DNA from: Phoronis australis
Lineage: Eukaryota; Animalia; Phoronida
Assembly (NCBI GenBank): GCA_002633005.1
Contig: NMRA01000235.1
Coordinates: 12,625 to 76,624 of the forward strand
Length of the DNA stretch: 64,000 nt
Reading direction: 5' to 3'
A program made the translations under genes and the position numbers. Position 1 is the first letter of the stretch. Each line of letters opens with the position of its first letter. Positions 40,465 to 52,859 of the stretch are shown piece after piece. The notes under the pieces are model-generated. The model saw only the letters and a list, made by a program, of their open reading frames with translations. It had not been told where the DNA came from and searched no databases.

Positions 40465-41292
40465 CTAAGTTTATTAGCCGCTCGTGGAAGTATTTCTGGG
40501 ACAACGATGGCGAACTCAGAATGCGCTATTCAAGACCTCCAGCGTTTTTACGACACTTTCCGTTTTCAATCACCAGACTTCAGCAAGAGCAAAATTCTTG
40601 GAAAGTAGTGCTATCACTGAAGAGGCCACCTTCATTTTAAGTATCACAATAATAAATAAATAAATAAATAAATTCGCGTGTACATGCAGGGAATAAGATT
40701 GTGAACTGTTAACACTTATTGAATATTTAACTACGAGAGAGTTGTCATGCAAATTTTCCAGACGGACTTATCAGGAACTGATCCACTGGCAGCCTAACAA
40801 ATTTCCATGCCGTCTGATCTGCTCGCCTAAAAATTTTGACCGATTAGATCAGTTGATGCAACTGAAAATAAGTTCGCTGATATACATGCACCACTGCAGT
40901 GATTGAAATTTAATTTCTTGAATCAGACGCTCGTACCATAGTCAATCGATTTACACAGTGGCTTCCCCTGTCCTCAATTTACGACGGGGACGCTGGCCAC
41001 AACTGCAGCTTCCTATATAATTAATGTTTACGAAAAACTGGAGAAGAGGTTCCCCCATGTCCCTGCATTACGGCGGAGAATGACGGGGAGATGAAGTGTG
41101 AGTAAGACTACTGCGATTCTCAAACATCTTTGTAGTGCCGTTTCCATTGCTGCTGTTGCGACTAGGGAATTATTTTCAATACCTGGCGTGGCTGTCCATG
41201 TCGGTGCTACTGTTGAACCTGGTATGTTATTTACAGCAGTGCTGCAGTACCTGAAGCAGCTCATGATTATGTAGGTGGTGTTTTGGATGATG

Positions 41293-41341
41293 TTGCTGCT
41301 ACTGCTGCTGCTGCTGCTGCTTCTGTCGATGCTACTGCTGC
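41293..41341 (+). repeat. (CTG)n microsatellite, imperfect
   Basis: ttgctgctactgctgctgctgctgctgctt...gctactgctg. Confidence 0.8.
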
Positions 41342-43042
41342 CTGGGACGCGCAGCATTGAAACAAGTGGGGCTACAGCCCCTCAATCCCCGTGTGGTGCA
41401 CTACCCATAGACCATGGGCTGCGCAGCACTGAAAGAAGTGGGGGCTATAGTCCCCAGCCCCTATGGTGCACCGTCCACGTGCTGTTGAAAGTGCGCTACT
41501 GTTGTGGATGCAATGCTTTCGCCACAAAATAAATTTACTCGAGATTTTATGGATACCAAGTCCAGACGTGGGCATAATTTTCGCAGACACGCGTTTTAAG
41601 GCACAGTAATCCCGACAAACGCTGACATTTAGAAACCAGGTATGAAAATGTCCGTACCTTGAAATCCCTTCCACACCTGAGTCTACATAACTCGTGGGGC
41701 TCTTCTTTCGTCTTGGTGTTCCATGATATGTCGATTAGGTTATTCCTGTAACATCCATGAATTGTTCTTGGATGTACCCAATATTCTTGTTTCCCTGTGG
41801 GATATGGCAGATGGTTACTCCAAATCTTGGTTCATTTGCTTGTTGGTGCTGTGTATTTTAGTCAATTTTTCCATCGAAACGTGTCAATTATCTTGTGGAA
41901 ACACAATTTACCAAATATGTTTCATCTTAATGGCTCTGTTATCAACTGTTTACTTGGGGAAATGAAATTTCTACAAGCGTGTTGCTTTTTTGCCGTTTTT
42001 TTTTGTAGAATTTATATCTCATCTTCGTAAAACAACAAGTGTTTTGCTAATGGGTCGGAAACTCTTATTTTTGGTTGAACTCGAGCGCAAAATGGCGATT
42101 CGGCTGCCATTTTCCATTCCTTAATTTGCTGAGCCATAGCTCTGCTGTCTCTGTTTTGAATCATGGTACGTGAATAGACATTTTTCACTGCCATCATGAT
42201 TAAGCAATGTTGGTGCAATACACTGTATCTGTAGAGTCTCGTAGTGGACCTTTCTGATGTTTGGCACACACATGCAAATAGATATTATGCAGTGCTAACT
42301 GCTCTGCTCTAGTCGTTTCTCGCTTCCACTAAACATTCTCAACAGGGCTCTTATTGGTAACGAGGAGTTAGATGTTTTTGTTTGAAATCAGACGCCCGAT
42401 GGACCTCGGCCTACAAATGTTTCGTTTGCTGTGCTGTGGATCTGCTGTCTCCGTATGGATTTATCTTACGTTTTATCTATTAAGAGCACTTGAAGAGCTT
42501 TCGAAAGTGAGCCATCCGTCATTGTGTCAAGCGCTATCTGAGTATTTACGCCTGTTTCTCGCTGCATTACTTACAGAGTTGTTCGTGTGATGGCTGTCCT
42601 TTTTGACTAATTCCTCTTTGCATTTTTTGGTCCACAAACAAGTAAGTTGCGCTACAGGTGGCATTATTGGGAATAATAATTCAATACACCTGTAACATGG
42701 TATTGCTCGTGAAAAACGCTTAGCTTTTCATACTGAAACCTTGAAGTTCATTCACGAAACTGTTAGACCATTAGACATCTTCTAGTTCTACAAAAAGTTC
42801 CAAAGATGGTTTTGGCTCCCAATTTCTGTACAAAAGTTATTACATAATTAGTAATTACTAGGCGTCAATACGGAAGCGTTTTTCATACTTTAACGCGTAC
42901 TACTTTTGATGAGCTTGGTTTCCATACATTTACAGGCTTTCTACCATTATTTCATTCATTTTTTATCTTTAGGTGTGCAGGTTGATGTGGAATTTGAGTG
43001 TGACCATTGAAACCGTCACTTTTCTTCTGCGGACTTCGAAGC

Positions 43043-44253
43043 CTGTTTAAGGAATGGTTCACCGCAGGGGGGACCACAAACTATCTGTTAAGGATTGGTT
43101 CACCGCAGGGTGACCACACACTATCTGTTAAGGATTGGTTCACCGCAAGGTGACCACAAACTATCTGTTAAGGATTGGTTCACCGCAGGGTGACCACACA
43201 CTATCTGTTAAGGATTGGTTCACCGCAGGGCGACCACATACTATCTGTTAAGGATTGGTTCACCGCAAGGTGACCACACACTATCTGTTAAGGATTGGTT
43301 CACTGCAGGGGGACCACAAACTATCTGTTAAGGATTGGTTCACCGCAGGGGGACCACAAACTATCTGTTAAGGATTGGTTCAACGCAGGGTGACCACACT
43401 ATCTGTTAAGGATTGGTTCACCGCAGGGGGGACCACAAACTCTCTGTTAAGGATTGGTTGACCGCAGGGTGACCACACACTATCTGTTAAGGATTGGTTC
43501 ACCGCAGAGTGACCACGCACTATCTGTTAAGGATTGGTTCACCGCAGGGTGATCACACGATATCTGTTAAGGATTGGTTCACCGCAGGGGGGACCACAAA
43601 CTATCTGTTAAGGATTGGTTCAACGCAGGGTGACCACACACCATCTGTTAAGGATTGGTTCACCGCAGGGTGACCACACACAATCTGTTAAGGATTGGTT
43701 CACTGCAGGGGGACCACAAACTATCTGTTAAGGATTGGTTCACCGCAGGGTGACCACACACTATCTGTTAAGGATTGGTTCACCGCAGGGTGGACCACAA
43801 ACTCTCTGTTAAGGATTGGTTGACCGCAGGGTGACCACACACTATCTGTTAAGGATTGGTTCACCGCAGGGTGACCACACACTATCTGTTAAGGATTGGT
43901 TCACCGCAGGGGGGACCACAAACTCTCTGTTAAGGATTGGTTCACCGCAGGGTGACCACACACTATCTGTTAAGGATTGGTTCACCGCAGGGTGACCACG
44001 CACTATCTGTTAAGGATTGGTTCACCGCAGGGGGGACCACAAATTCTCTGTTAAGGATTGGTTCACCGCAGGGTGACCACACACTATCTGTTAAGGATTG
44101 GTTCACCGCAGGGTGACCACGCACTGTCTGTTAAGGATTGGTTCACCACAGGGTGACCACACACTATCTGTTAAGGATTGGTTCACCGCAGGGGGGAGCA
44201 CAAACTATCTGTTAAGGATTGGTTCACGGCAGGGGGGACCACAAACTATCTGT
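43043..44253 (+). repeat. 40-bp minisatellite, ~30 units
   Basis: Consensus ctatctgttaaggattggttcaccgcagggtgaccacaca, with a variant ending gggggaccacaaa. Units abut directly with no unique spacers. Confidence 0.97.
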
Positions 44254-44668
44254 CGCCCATCTAGTCACCATTGTGTGAATTAATTTTTTCTTTCTTCGCT
44301 TGCACGCTACAGGTCATGTATATTATCCGATAGCAGTGGAATTTACAAACATATTTTGTCTCATAAGTATGCTCTTGGTTGATATTGAGACGACCATTTC
44401 CCATGCTTGTGGTGGTGCTGAACCATATGCCGCTGTCCCTTGCTGTGATTGGACTCGTGTTTGTGGATAATTGGACAATCAGTCTTCGATGTGTCACATA
44501 TTCTTGGACACTTGCCGTTACAGGGTTAGTGAGTGATGGTGAATCGATTTAACCTGCGTGCCGTAACTTCAATGTCTCTTAAACTTTTTGGATCCGATTA
44601 ACCCACCTTGCCATACTCTAGATGTCGTTGTCAAATTACTCTTATTATGGAGTAGTTTTCATTGCTTA

Positions 44669-44792
44669 TTTGTACTAAGGTTACAGTTGGCACTTTTCAT
44701 TTGTACTAGGGTTACAGTTGGCACTTTTCATTTGTACTAGGGTTAAAGTTGGCACTTTTCATTTGTACTGGGGTTACAGTTGGCAGTTTTCA
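44669..44792 (+). repeat. 31-bp tandem repeat, 4 units
   Basis: tttgtactagggttacagttggcacttttca x4. Only one unit is present at the paralogous site ~7987-8017. Confidence 0.85.
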
Positions 44793-46626
44793 TTTGATTA
44801 CATGAATTTTAGATACATGGTGTAGGTTATCAATAGCTCGGGGTTAATTTCTAAGTTTATGTTCTACACGCAGTAATGCACATTGAGGGCTACTGTACAT
44901 GTTTCTTTTGTTTTCGTTTTGCAGACCTTTAGCTTGATATCCCCAGGGTGATTTTTTTATTTTTCCCATGTCGATATATATTTTGAAGAGCTTTTTGCAT
45001 CATTTATTCCGTAAGCTGTGAAATAATCTCCACAACTCATGCGCTTACAATAAATATCCGCCATATTTGCTATGCGCTTTTGAGACTAATACTAACCCCA
45101 GCCTACATGCAACTTTCATTTTTTATCATTGTTATTTAAGCATAGCTTACTAAATTACCATAATTTGCCTGCGTCTTATACCGTTTTAGATGAGTTTTAT
45201 TAAGGTCCGGATATTTTGAGCATAATTCTCGTAATAGAATGTTTGGGTAAACGTCGTAAAGTTACGACGTTTGCTGTGAGTCTCAGATTATCAGTTTTAT
45301 AGCGTTAATGACGGTAACAGTATGATAATATGGTGTTTAGGGTTGCCTTCCAAGAACAGAAAAATCTAAACAATTTACGTTAATGAAATTGTAACCAGGT
45401 ACGAAGTTATCAACATATAAACCAAATGGCGAAAGCAAATGAACACTTGCATGACAGTTGAAGATTGATCAGAATTACTGTACACCAAGTGGCGCGCAGG
45501 ACTGTGTGCAAGAACATCGCTGTAGATGGAACGACACCGGGACCACGTGGACTGGAAACAAAGTTTGGTCTCACAATTAGTTGTGTAGGTTCATTCAAAC
45601 ACCTGACCTGCTTGAAATATTTCGATATCACCTGGCACTTGCGACTAGATAAACAGGGAGCTCAGACTAATGTCTAGGAAATCTCAGTTTACATTTTGAA
45701 ATAGACCATCGAATGAATATTTGATATGTTGTAAGTGGCTTTTTATTTAACGCGATTGAGAACTTTGACACGACCATGGTTATTTATCAATCTCACAACT
45801 CTCAAAGATGTGAATTTTGCTGAAAGACTCAGAGTAATTTAGTATAAACTCTAGAGCAGAGCAGGCTTATTTTTAACGACAAATCAAAGACCTTCTAACG
45901 TTACAAATGTCGTTACAGGCGAAATGTAATCATCTGGTCAAGCTTATCAGAGAGAGCGCAAGGAAGCAACGAATATTTAATTTCTTCAGTAAAGACAGTT
46001 TGAAAGAACAAATTGTTGAATTAATAGATGTCTCAACATTGCATGGAGCATGTTATAAACGTGTATACAGCAGAAAGCAAACAATAAAAAATGTAAAATT
46101 ATGCACATTCACCTTCATAACGTACTCTCTCCCTAAGTTTTGTGGAATGTTGCCATTGGCAGCTGCTCGTGGAAAATTTTCCTAGATGACGACAGCGAGT
46201 TCACAATTCGTTATTTCAGACCATGTTCTTACGTCACTTTCCGTTTTTAACCACCAGACTTTAGCCCGAGCACATTGGCATGTAGTTACTGTAAGTCTCA
46301 TGAGAAAGTCATTCAGCGACGTGATATGATTATGCCTAGACACACGCCTAAGTAGACAATGATCATCGTCTCTATCCAGAGTAGCTGCTGACAGGGCCAG
46401 CAGAGGCGATGGTCATTGCCTAACGACTAAGAAGCCCTGGTTGTGGGTGGTCGATAGACTGAACAGACAGGAAACTTTTGCTGCGGCAAGTGACAAGATT
46501 CTTATAACGGTTGACGAATTCTGACATTTTGGATTTAGTTTAACCCAAATCGTATTTGCATTTTAAAAAAACAAGAAGCTCAGCAAAATAGACAATATTT
46601 ACATTAGTGAAAGTAGAAACAACGAT

Positions 46627-46876
46627 TCAAGAAAACAACAACGGCTTTAAGACTTGAAATGTTTCGGTGTCATTTATTCAACACCATCCTCAGAAGTGAT
46701 AATACAGTGGCCACCTGTATCTGTGCTTCATTAGTTGTTGCTGGGCCTAGCTAGGTGGCCACTGTATTATCACTTCTCAGGAGGATGGTGTTGAATAAAT
46801 GACACCGAAACATGTCAAGTCTTAAAACCGTTGTTGTTTTCTTGAATATATGCTGCTACTTGCTATCATGGAGAAT
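46627..46876. mobile_element. 250-bp inverted-repeat insertion, Penelope-like (pLTR-type) relic
   Basis: Inverted arms of ~92 bp (46625-46716 / 46753-46847), flanked by CAACGAT at 46620-46626 and 46877-46883. The empty site aacaacgatggtag is at ~11761-11774. Confidence 0.65.
46651..46697 (-). ncRNA. Minimal type-I hammerhead ribozyme motif (mirror copy at 46772-46820 on +)
   Basis: The minus strand reads ACUU-CUGAGGA-U-GGUGUU(gaauaaau)GACACC-GAAA-CAUUUC-AAGU: core CUGANGA and GAAA, stem II, and stem I ACUU/AAGU. The + arm has GAAACAUGUC with a GUC triplet, but a 3-nt insertion in CUGAGGA. Confidence 0.6.
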
Positions 46877-48386
46877 CAACGATGGTAGAAAGTGGAAATA
46901 TTAAAATTCCGATAAATGTTGAGTGGGGGTACGTTCAGTCGATGTCAGGACAAATGTAACCCACCGTAACAGGTACAGTATACTTTGGTACGCGAGGTTT
47001 ATGGGAAGTGACCCTCAGAAGGGATTCATTTTCGCGGCAGTTTCGCCCCGAAATTGTACCTTTTGTGAGTTAGTTTCTCCAAAAGCCTTCTGTTCGGTGA
47101 AATGTTATTTTTTCTGGAACACCGCTTTCGCAGAGTGAAAGATTCACAGAATCAATCTGCAAAAGAGTCCCCATTTTTTAATCCACGATGTTGTAAATGA
47201 GTGGGTATGCTATTCCCTAGCCTTGGTACAAAGCAGTATACTAAATATACAGCTTTGCACCGATGTGGGTAAAAAGTGGTAAGATAAAATCTAACACAAA
47301 ATTAGTGTCACTAAAAACTACAGTCTTCCTTGAGTAAACTAAATTATGTAACGGTGTTGGAAAAAATGTCGTTCTACCGTTATTCTCCTGCTAAGGTTGT
47401 GGAGCAATCTTTAGCGACAGCTTTCTGCTCCATGAAATATTGCGTCACCTATTGGCCAGTTTCTTTTTTCGCCGATTCTTCAATCAACTGTTCTTCTTAC
47501 ACGAGGATGCGTACACGTCACAACAAATTATCTGAACTGGTTTCACTTCATTATAACTTTTAGATTTTTGATACTGAAAAACCGAATTCAGAAGAAATTT
47601 TGCTGCTGCCAAGCTATCATCCTCTCCCGAGCGATATCGCAAAAAATTAGGAAATAGCGCATACGCGTGACACGAACGTACTGTTTTAAAAAAGATGACA
47701 TACTTTTCATTGTTAGAAAAGGCGAAGAGTTACGCAAGAAAATGGCATCCATTGCATTGTTTTTCACTTAAACGGCTGTAACGGGCAAGGTGAGTGTCGG
47801 TTGATTCCCAGATTTTGTATGCACCCCGTCCGGTTTTTAGCTTTACATTTTGATACAACTTTCACGGCGCGATGACGAGCAGAACTACCCTAGCTGCGTG
47901 AAAGTTCGGTGTCTACGGAAGAAATACACACAGTGTTACCTAGCTGTATTTTGACTACAGTCTTCATACAGCTAGCTGGCTGGCTAGCCATCAGCTCTTT
48001 TAGAAGGCTGGCTATTGGCTTCTGTTTTTGTTGACAAATTAAGTTATTACATCCGAAAATTTCAAATTTCAGTTGATCCATTCTTGTTGTTTTATTTACC
48101 GATTCCTATCTTATAGAATTTCGTTAGTACTAACACACTGAACATGAATTTCCTTCCCATTATTTGGGTTTATGTACATTTCAAAAATTTGTGAAAAGCT
48201 CTCCAATGGTCCTTTATTTGTGTAAAGAGCTAATTTCATGAATCCTTATTCTTTATCCAATAACATCTCCTCAAAACTTACCCAAGTTTGTATTCGGAAT
48301 GCGAGATTATTTGTAATGCGTTGGACGCAAACGTGATTCGGTCATCGCGCGTTTTATTACGTTTTTTTAGTCAGGCAATTTGTGAC

Positions 48387-48494
48387 CACAGGCGCTTGGG
48401 TTTATCGCAAATGACGTCACTCAATAATATATATATATGTTTTCTTATATATATTATTGAGTGACGTCATTTGCGATAAACCCAAGCGCCTGTG
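48387..48494. mobile_element. 108-bp palindromic MITE with an 8-bp TSD (P-element-like CANRG termini)
   Basis: Perfect arms CACAGGCGCTTGGGTTTATCGCAAATGACGTCACTCAATAATATATATA and its reverse complement. TSD TTTGTGAC at 48379-48386 and 48495-48502. The empty site is at ~15166-15173. Confidence 0.85.
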
Positions 48495-49559
48495 TTTGTG
48501 ACAAAGCCACGATTGTGGAGCTTGTTTCTGTCTTAACTTTGTTTGAAATCGGTCCAACTTGAAACAAAAATGGGTTAGCCCTCTTTTGTGATATTTCTTA
48601 AATATAATTCTCCGCTCCTTTCACCCACACAGAACACAAAATGAGTTCGTTAGTTTAACGATATCGTTAAATCTTTTTGAGACGTTTTGATTTTTGACAA
48701 TCAAAGCAGTTTTGAGCAGTGCAGGGCGTTTTCCACTCATGTCATGCCCCTAGGTAAGGTAAAACCGCGTCTTTACATATTTTGCATCAATAAACGGCGA
48801 CACCGACAGTATGTGGTCAGAAGAAAAATGAAAAATATCAGGACATGTTTCCCTGTAAGTACAAACAGATCTAACACAAATAACCCGCAAGGTTTTTACA
48901 AGTTCATTTTCAAAGCAAAAATCGTCTCTCAAAAGCACGTGAGCATAAACTTAGTTGTATATGTGGCTCTAACTGCCTTATAACGGTTCATAGACTTAAA
49001 GAGCGTGCGCTAGTTTTGAAGGCAATTCACTTCGTTACCAATAACAACACTTACATTACATATCTTTGAAACAGCATTAGCATTTTTGTTACACGTGAAT
49101 GGAAGGTGACAATAAAACAACACATCCAGTTTAAAAAAGTGGAGTGAATCCACCTACACATATACATGCGATATCTCTTCCATTGTTTTCTTTGGAGCAT
49201 CATTGTTTCATACATTGGCATTTAAGTTGTTCACCACCATGTTCAGGCCAGGGCACATTGATGTAACCAATTACAAGTAAGACTCCACCGAAGTCACCAG
49301 GAACCAACAAATCAGGCTTTGAAAAAAATGGTTCACGTGTTTAACACCAGAATATGATTGGTAGAGGGTTTTAACTGAGGTGGAAATGCTATCTTTGAAT
49401 CTCGATGAAAACAAAAAGAAGAGGGCGACACAGAATGTTTTATGATCTAAGGTACGGAACACGGCAACAATGCCCAGATGTTTGTTATCCTAGTTAGACC
49501 ACTAATTGGACATTATGGCGATATTACATGTAGGATATACAGTAACAAGTTAGTTAGGT

Positions 49560-50308
49560 TAAAGGTTAGACAGATAATGTACAAATTTTTCCATTTGTCT
49601 ATCAGCATAAATCTTAATTACATAACAAGTTTTGATGGAAATTGCAAAGTAATCTATGAGAGTCCTTTACTCGCTACTGGGAACTGGACCCACGTTAACA
49701 TGGTTTTGTACCAAGTGCTTTTCAGCAGTCTTTGCACAAATATGGATTCACCACAGAACGGGTTTATACGTTGGTGTTTGATCAAGCTAAAACAAAGTTC
49801 GCACCGGGCGTTGTTTCGCAGGGACCTTCATCAATTCAGCGTACATATCTCTGTCGTAATCTGACGGCTGAAAATGCTTGCCACTGCTTTGTGCGTTGCG
49901 TGAACGGGTAGCGCTGCGTTCTTCACACGAGCGAGCTAGCCAAGTACGGCAAAGTGTGTCATCTTTCGGAAAGCGATGCAAGGTACCCAAAGCGCGTGTG
50001 AGACGATAATGAGAACATCCTGGTACGCAGCAACAATGTGGCATGTTGACTGACTCGTAAACAAAAGCAAACGACGACCGAACTTATCTCAACAGAGGTA
50101 GAACAATGACTGACTCGACTGCTCTCACAGTCAGACTGTATGAAAAGAAATTGGCACGAAATTCTTGCCTCCCAAAACGTCACTTCCGGAGTAGAGGACG
50201 AGAAATTAATTAAAATACGAAAAGCTGTAATTAAGTGAAAAATATGTCTGGGATAATCAACAGACCTTGTTTTTGCTAAAAGTGACATGAAAAAGGTTGT
50301 CTTCGTCT
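49560..50308 (-). mobile_element. THAP-domain DNA transposon relic with a TTAA-flanked terminus (Kolobok-like)
   Basis: ORF 49787-50044 MPHCCCVPGC...LHRFPKD..LCRTWL...SGKHFQPSDY is a THAP C2CH finger with the third Cys lost. The terminus abuts TTAA at 50309-50312. The inner boundary is approximate. Confidence 0.7.
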
Positions 50309-52859
50309 TTAAAGGCAAATGTTTCACGAGCATATTCGCATAAAGTACCAAAATGATAACTGACGCGATACATGTAGGTTGATGAGAATGGAATGTCGAA
50401 TTATAATAAAACATTATGAGTTATTAGACGTGATTCACTTTTTGCGTTCTTCAATCGATGTTATTTCGTCGTATACGTTCGTGCATGAAGAGCTGCGCTC
50501 TGATGGCTACACGTAAATGTGTGGGCTAAAAAAGGCTGAGCTTCTGGAACGGCAAAAATCAGTGGCCTAGACTTTGCAAGGGTGGTATAGATTTTGCAAA
50601 GGTTATCTAGATTTTGTTAGGGTGGCCTAGATTTTGCTAGGTTGTCCTGATAAGTTCACGGGTATATCGTGGTGAATTTACACTTGCTTTCACACGCTGA
50701 GTTATTCCTTTACTCAAAGAAATCCCATTCAATTCTTTCCAGTTGATGTGTACAAGGCTAATGACACTTTCAGCATAGCTTTTTAAATTCTATCCACGAA
50801 ATGCGCTTTTGCTTCGTGTTTTGTAACTAGTTAATACAATCAATACAATCTACTTCAAGATATATCAAAGCAACGAAATGTGAAAATCTTATTTGATTTA
50901 CAGAAGTGGGTTACATTTGGATTATGAAGTGTGAAGCTCTCTTGAATCCTACGTCATAACTACATAGTATTTATTATCATGCTAGTGGAATATTAGTTAA
51001 AGGACGAAAACTTGTATGGTACTGAGTCACCATGGTAACAATTATACATGTCTACTTTGATACTGAACGTGAGCCCTGTTCACCATGTATTGTTGAACAT
51101 TTCCAAAGTATACTCTAAATTACTTACTGTGGCAAAAGGCTGTTGGAATCATTTTAGTTTTTCATTTCTGCTGAAACCACATTGCTAGGTGCAAGTCTTA
51201 CGTACAATGAAAATTTTGAAACCCGAGTGTCCAATATTTCAAAAATGTCATTTTTACCTTTCATTTGAGTGTGACAACAAGTAACAAAATCCGATTTCTG
51301 TGGAATCGGTTGAAAGATTAACATCATGCAAAAAATAACAAAACTCAGATTCAAGTGACTATATTATTACGTAATCATTATGAAGTGATAAGGTAGCAGT
51401 TGACGGGCGTGCGGAGGCACAAAGTAGAGGCATGAACGGTTTCTCAAGAGCTAAAAGTGTCACTGGTGTCGCAACACAGGTTCGACTGATTTGAAAACGT
51501 GCATGTAAATATAATTTTTTGTTTTGGGCTAAATAATAAGTAATTCGTGCAAAAACAAAACGACGCTAGAGTGCAGCACGAAAACGACTTTTCGATATTA
51601 ATCAAAAGTCATCCTCAGGTACAACAATAGACACAAAACAAGATACCGTAACAGAATTACATTAATTTTGAAAAGTGGTTATCAAACATCCATGTGCCAC
51701 CGTTTTCTCGATGGAAAAGGTTCGGCCAAATTTCATAAAATTTCCCCAAATAAATTCAGTTATATAAACAGCCACCAGGGTGCCACCAGTAGTCAAAGTA
51801 TCTAAAAGTTGACGTTGACTGTTTTGATTACCATAGGAACATATTTGAAAAAATAATGAAGACCCTTTATGAGATTTATGAGATACTGCCTATTGTTAGA
51901 CACTGTAAAATACGCGATGGTTAGTCTTTTCTATAGACCATTCCATGAAAACAAATGAAAAGCCCATAGTTTCTATTTTTATTGTTTTAGTCAGGCAGCA
52001 AACTGATGAAAAATTGTCATTGCAAATCAACAACTCCCTGCAAACTGGCCCCGAAGCCTCTCAAAAATGGTTGAAAATCAAAGACACAAAATTGGGCAAA
52101 ATTTACCAACTTTGGCACCCCCCTTGAAGGTTAACGGAAACCTCTTTGAAAATTCCAAGATTGTTTTCTGAAAGAGAAATTCAGTGTCTACATAAACATT
52201 GTAAATTTGTTTTCTTTCTCGTACTTTTAAACCGTTTTAAAACAACTTTACTAACTGAACCTTTTGAACCAAAATTGAATTATTTTGGGCCAAAATATTC
52301 ATGATGCTCTAACTTAAAAATAATGGTATTTCTAACATATCCAACCAGGATGTATGTACACGTATTTTTTTCAAGATCTGAGTTGTTGACCCCAGAGTCG
52401 ACGTTTTGGTGCTCTCGTGGAATGATAGCTTTAACAAACTCAAATTTGTTTGTTAGTTCTTTCGATCGGGATTTTTCTACATTGCTGCACACCTGAAGAA
52501 AGAGAATTGTTTCGACACTACCAGCGACTCTGTATCAAGTTTTCAAACAAAAAATAGCTCTGGGGTTGAGTTTATTAATGGTTTACGCCAAAAGTCAATT
52601 AAAAGCGTCTTGAAAAATCCAAAGATGAAGCTAAATCAAATTAGTGACGTCAACGTAATCAAAAAATGGGAGGAGGTAACGTCGGTGGCATTTATTCTCC
52701 CGATTTTAAATTAATGGGCCACTACATTGTACGCTGAGTAATTGAAATGAAATTTATGTTCACCACTAGGTGGGGGATCAAACGGAGGCAGCGTCTTCCG
52801 TTGCTCTAGCTCGAGATATGGCCAATATGAAAAGTCGCAAAGCCGAATTAATCAAGCGC

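Larger units (their letters stand above)
37520..52134. repeat. Segmental duplication, copy B
   Basis: Colinear with 2861-21565 (see copy A), with different insertions and deletions. Confidence 0.9.

Noticed and set aside
41275-41532. Poly-Leu signal-peptide-like ORF
   Set aside because: It is produced by a (CTG)n microsatellite running into a MITE and is absent from the paralog.
43043-44253. CRISPR array (regular 40-bp period with a palindromic core)
   Set aside because: There are no unique spacers and units differ only by point variants. No cas genes are present, the context is eukaryotic, and the array derives from a single unit seen in the paralog.
49787-50044. Host THAP transcription-factor gene
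   Set aside because: One zinc ligand is lost, the frame ends soon after the domain, and it lies just inside a TTAA-flanked terminus shared with a mobile copy at 8124-8270.
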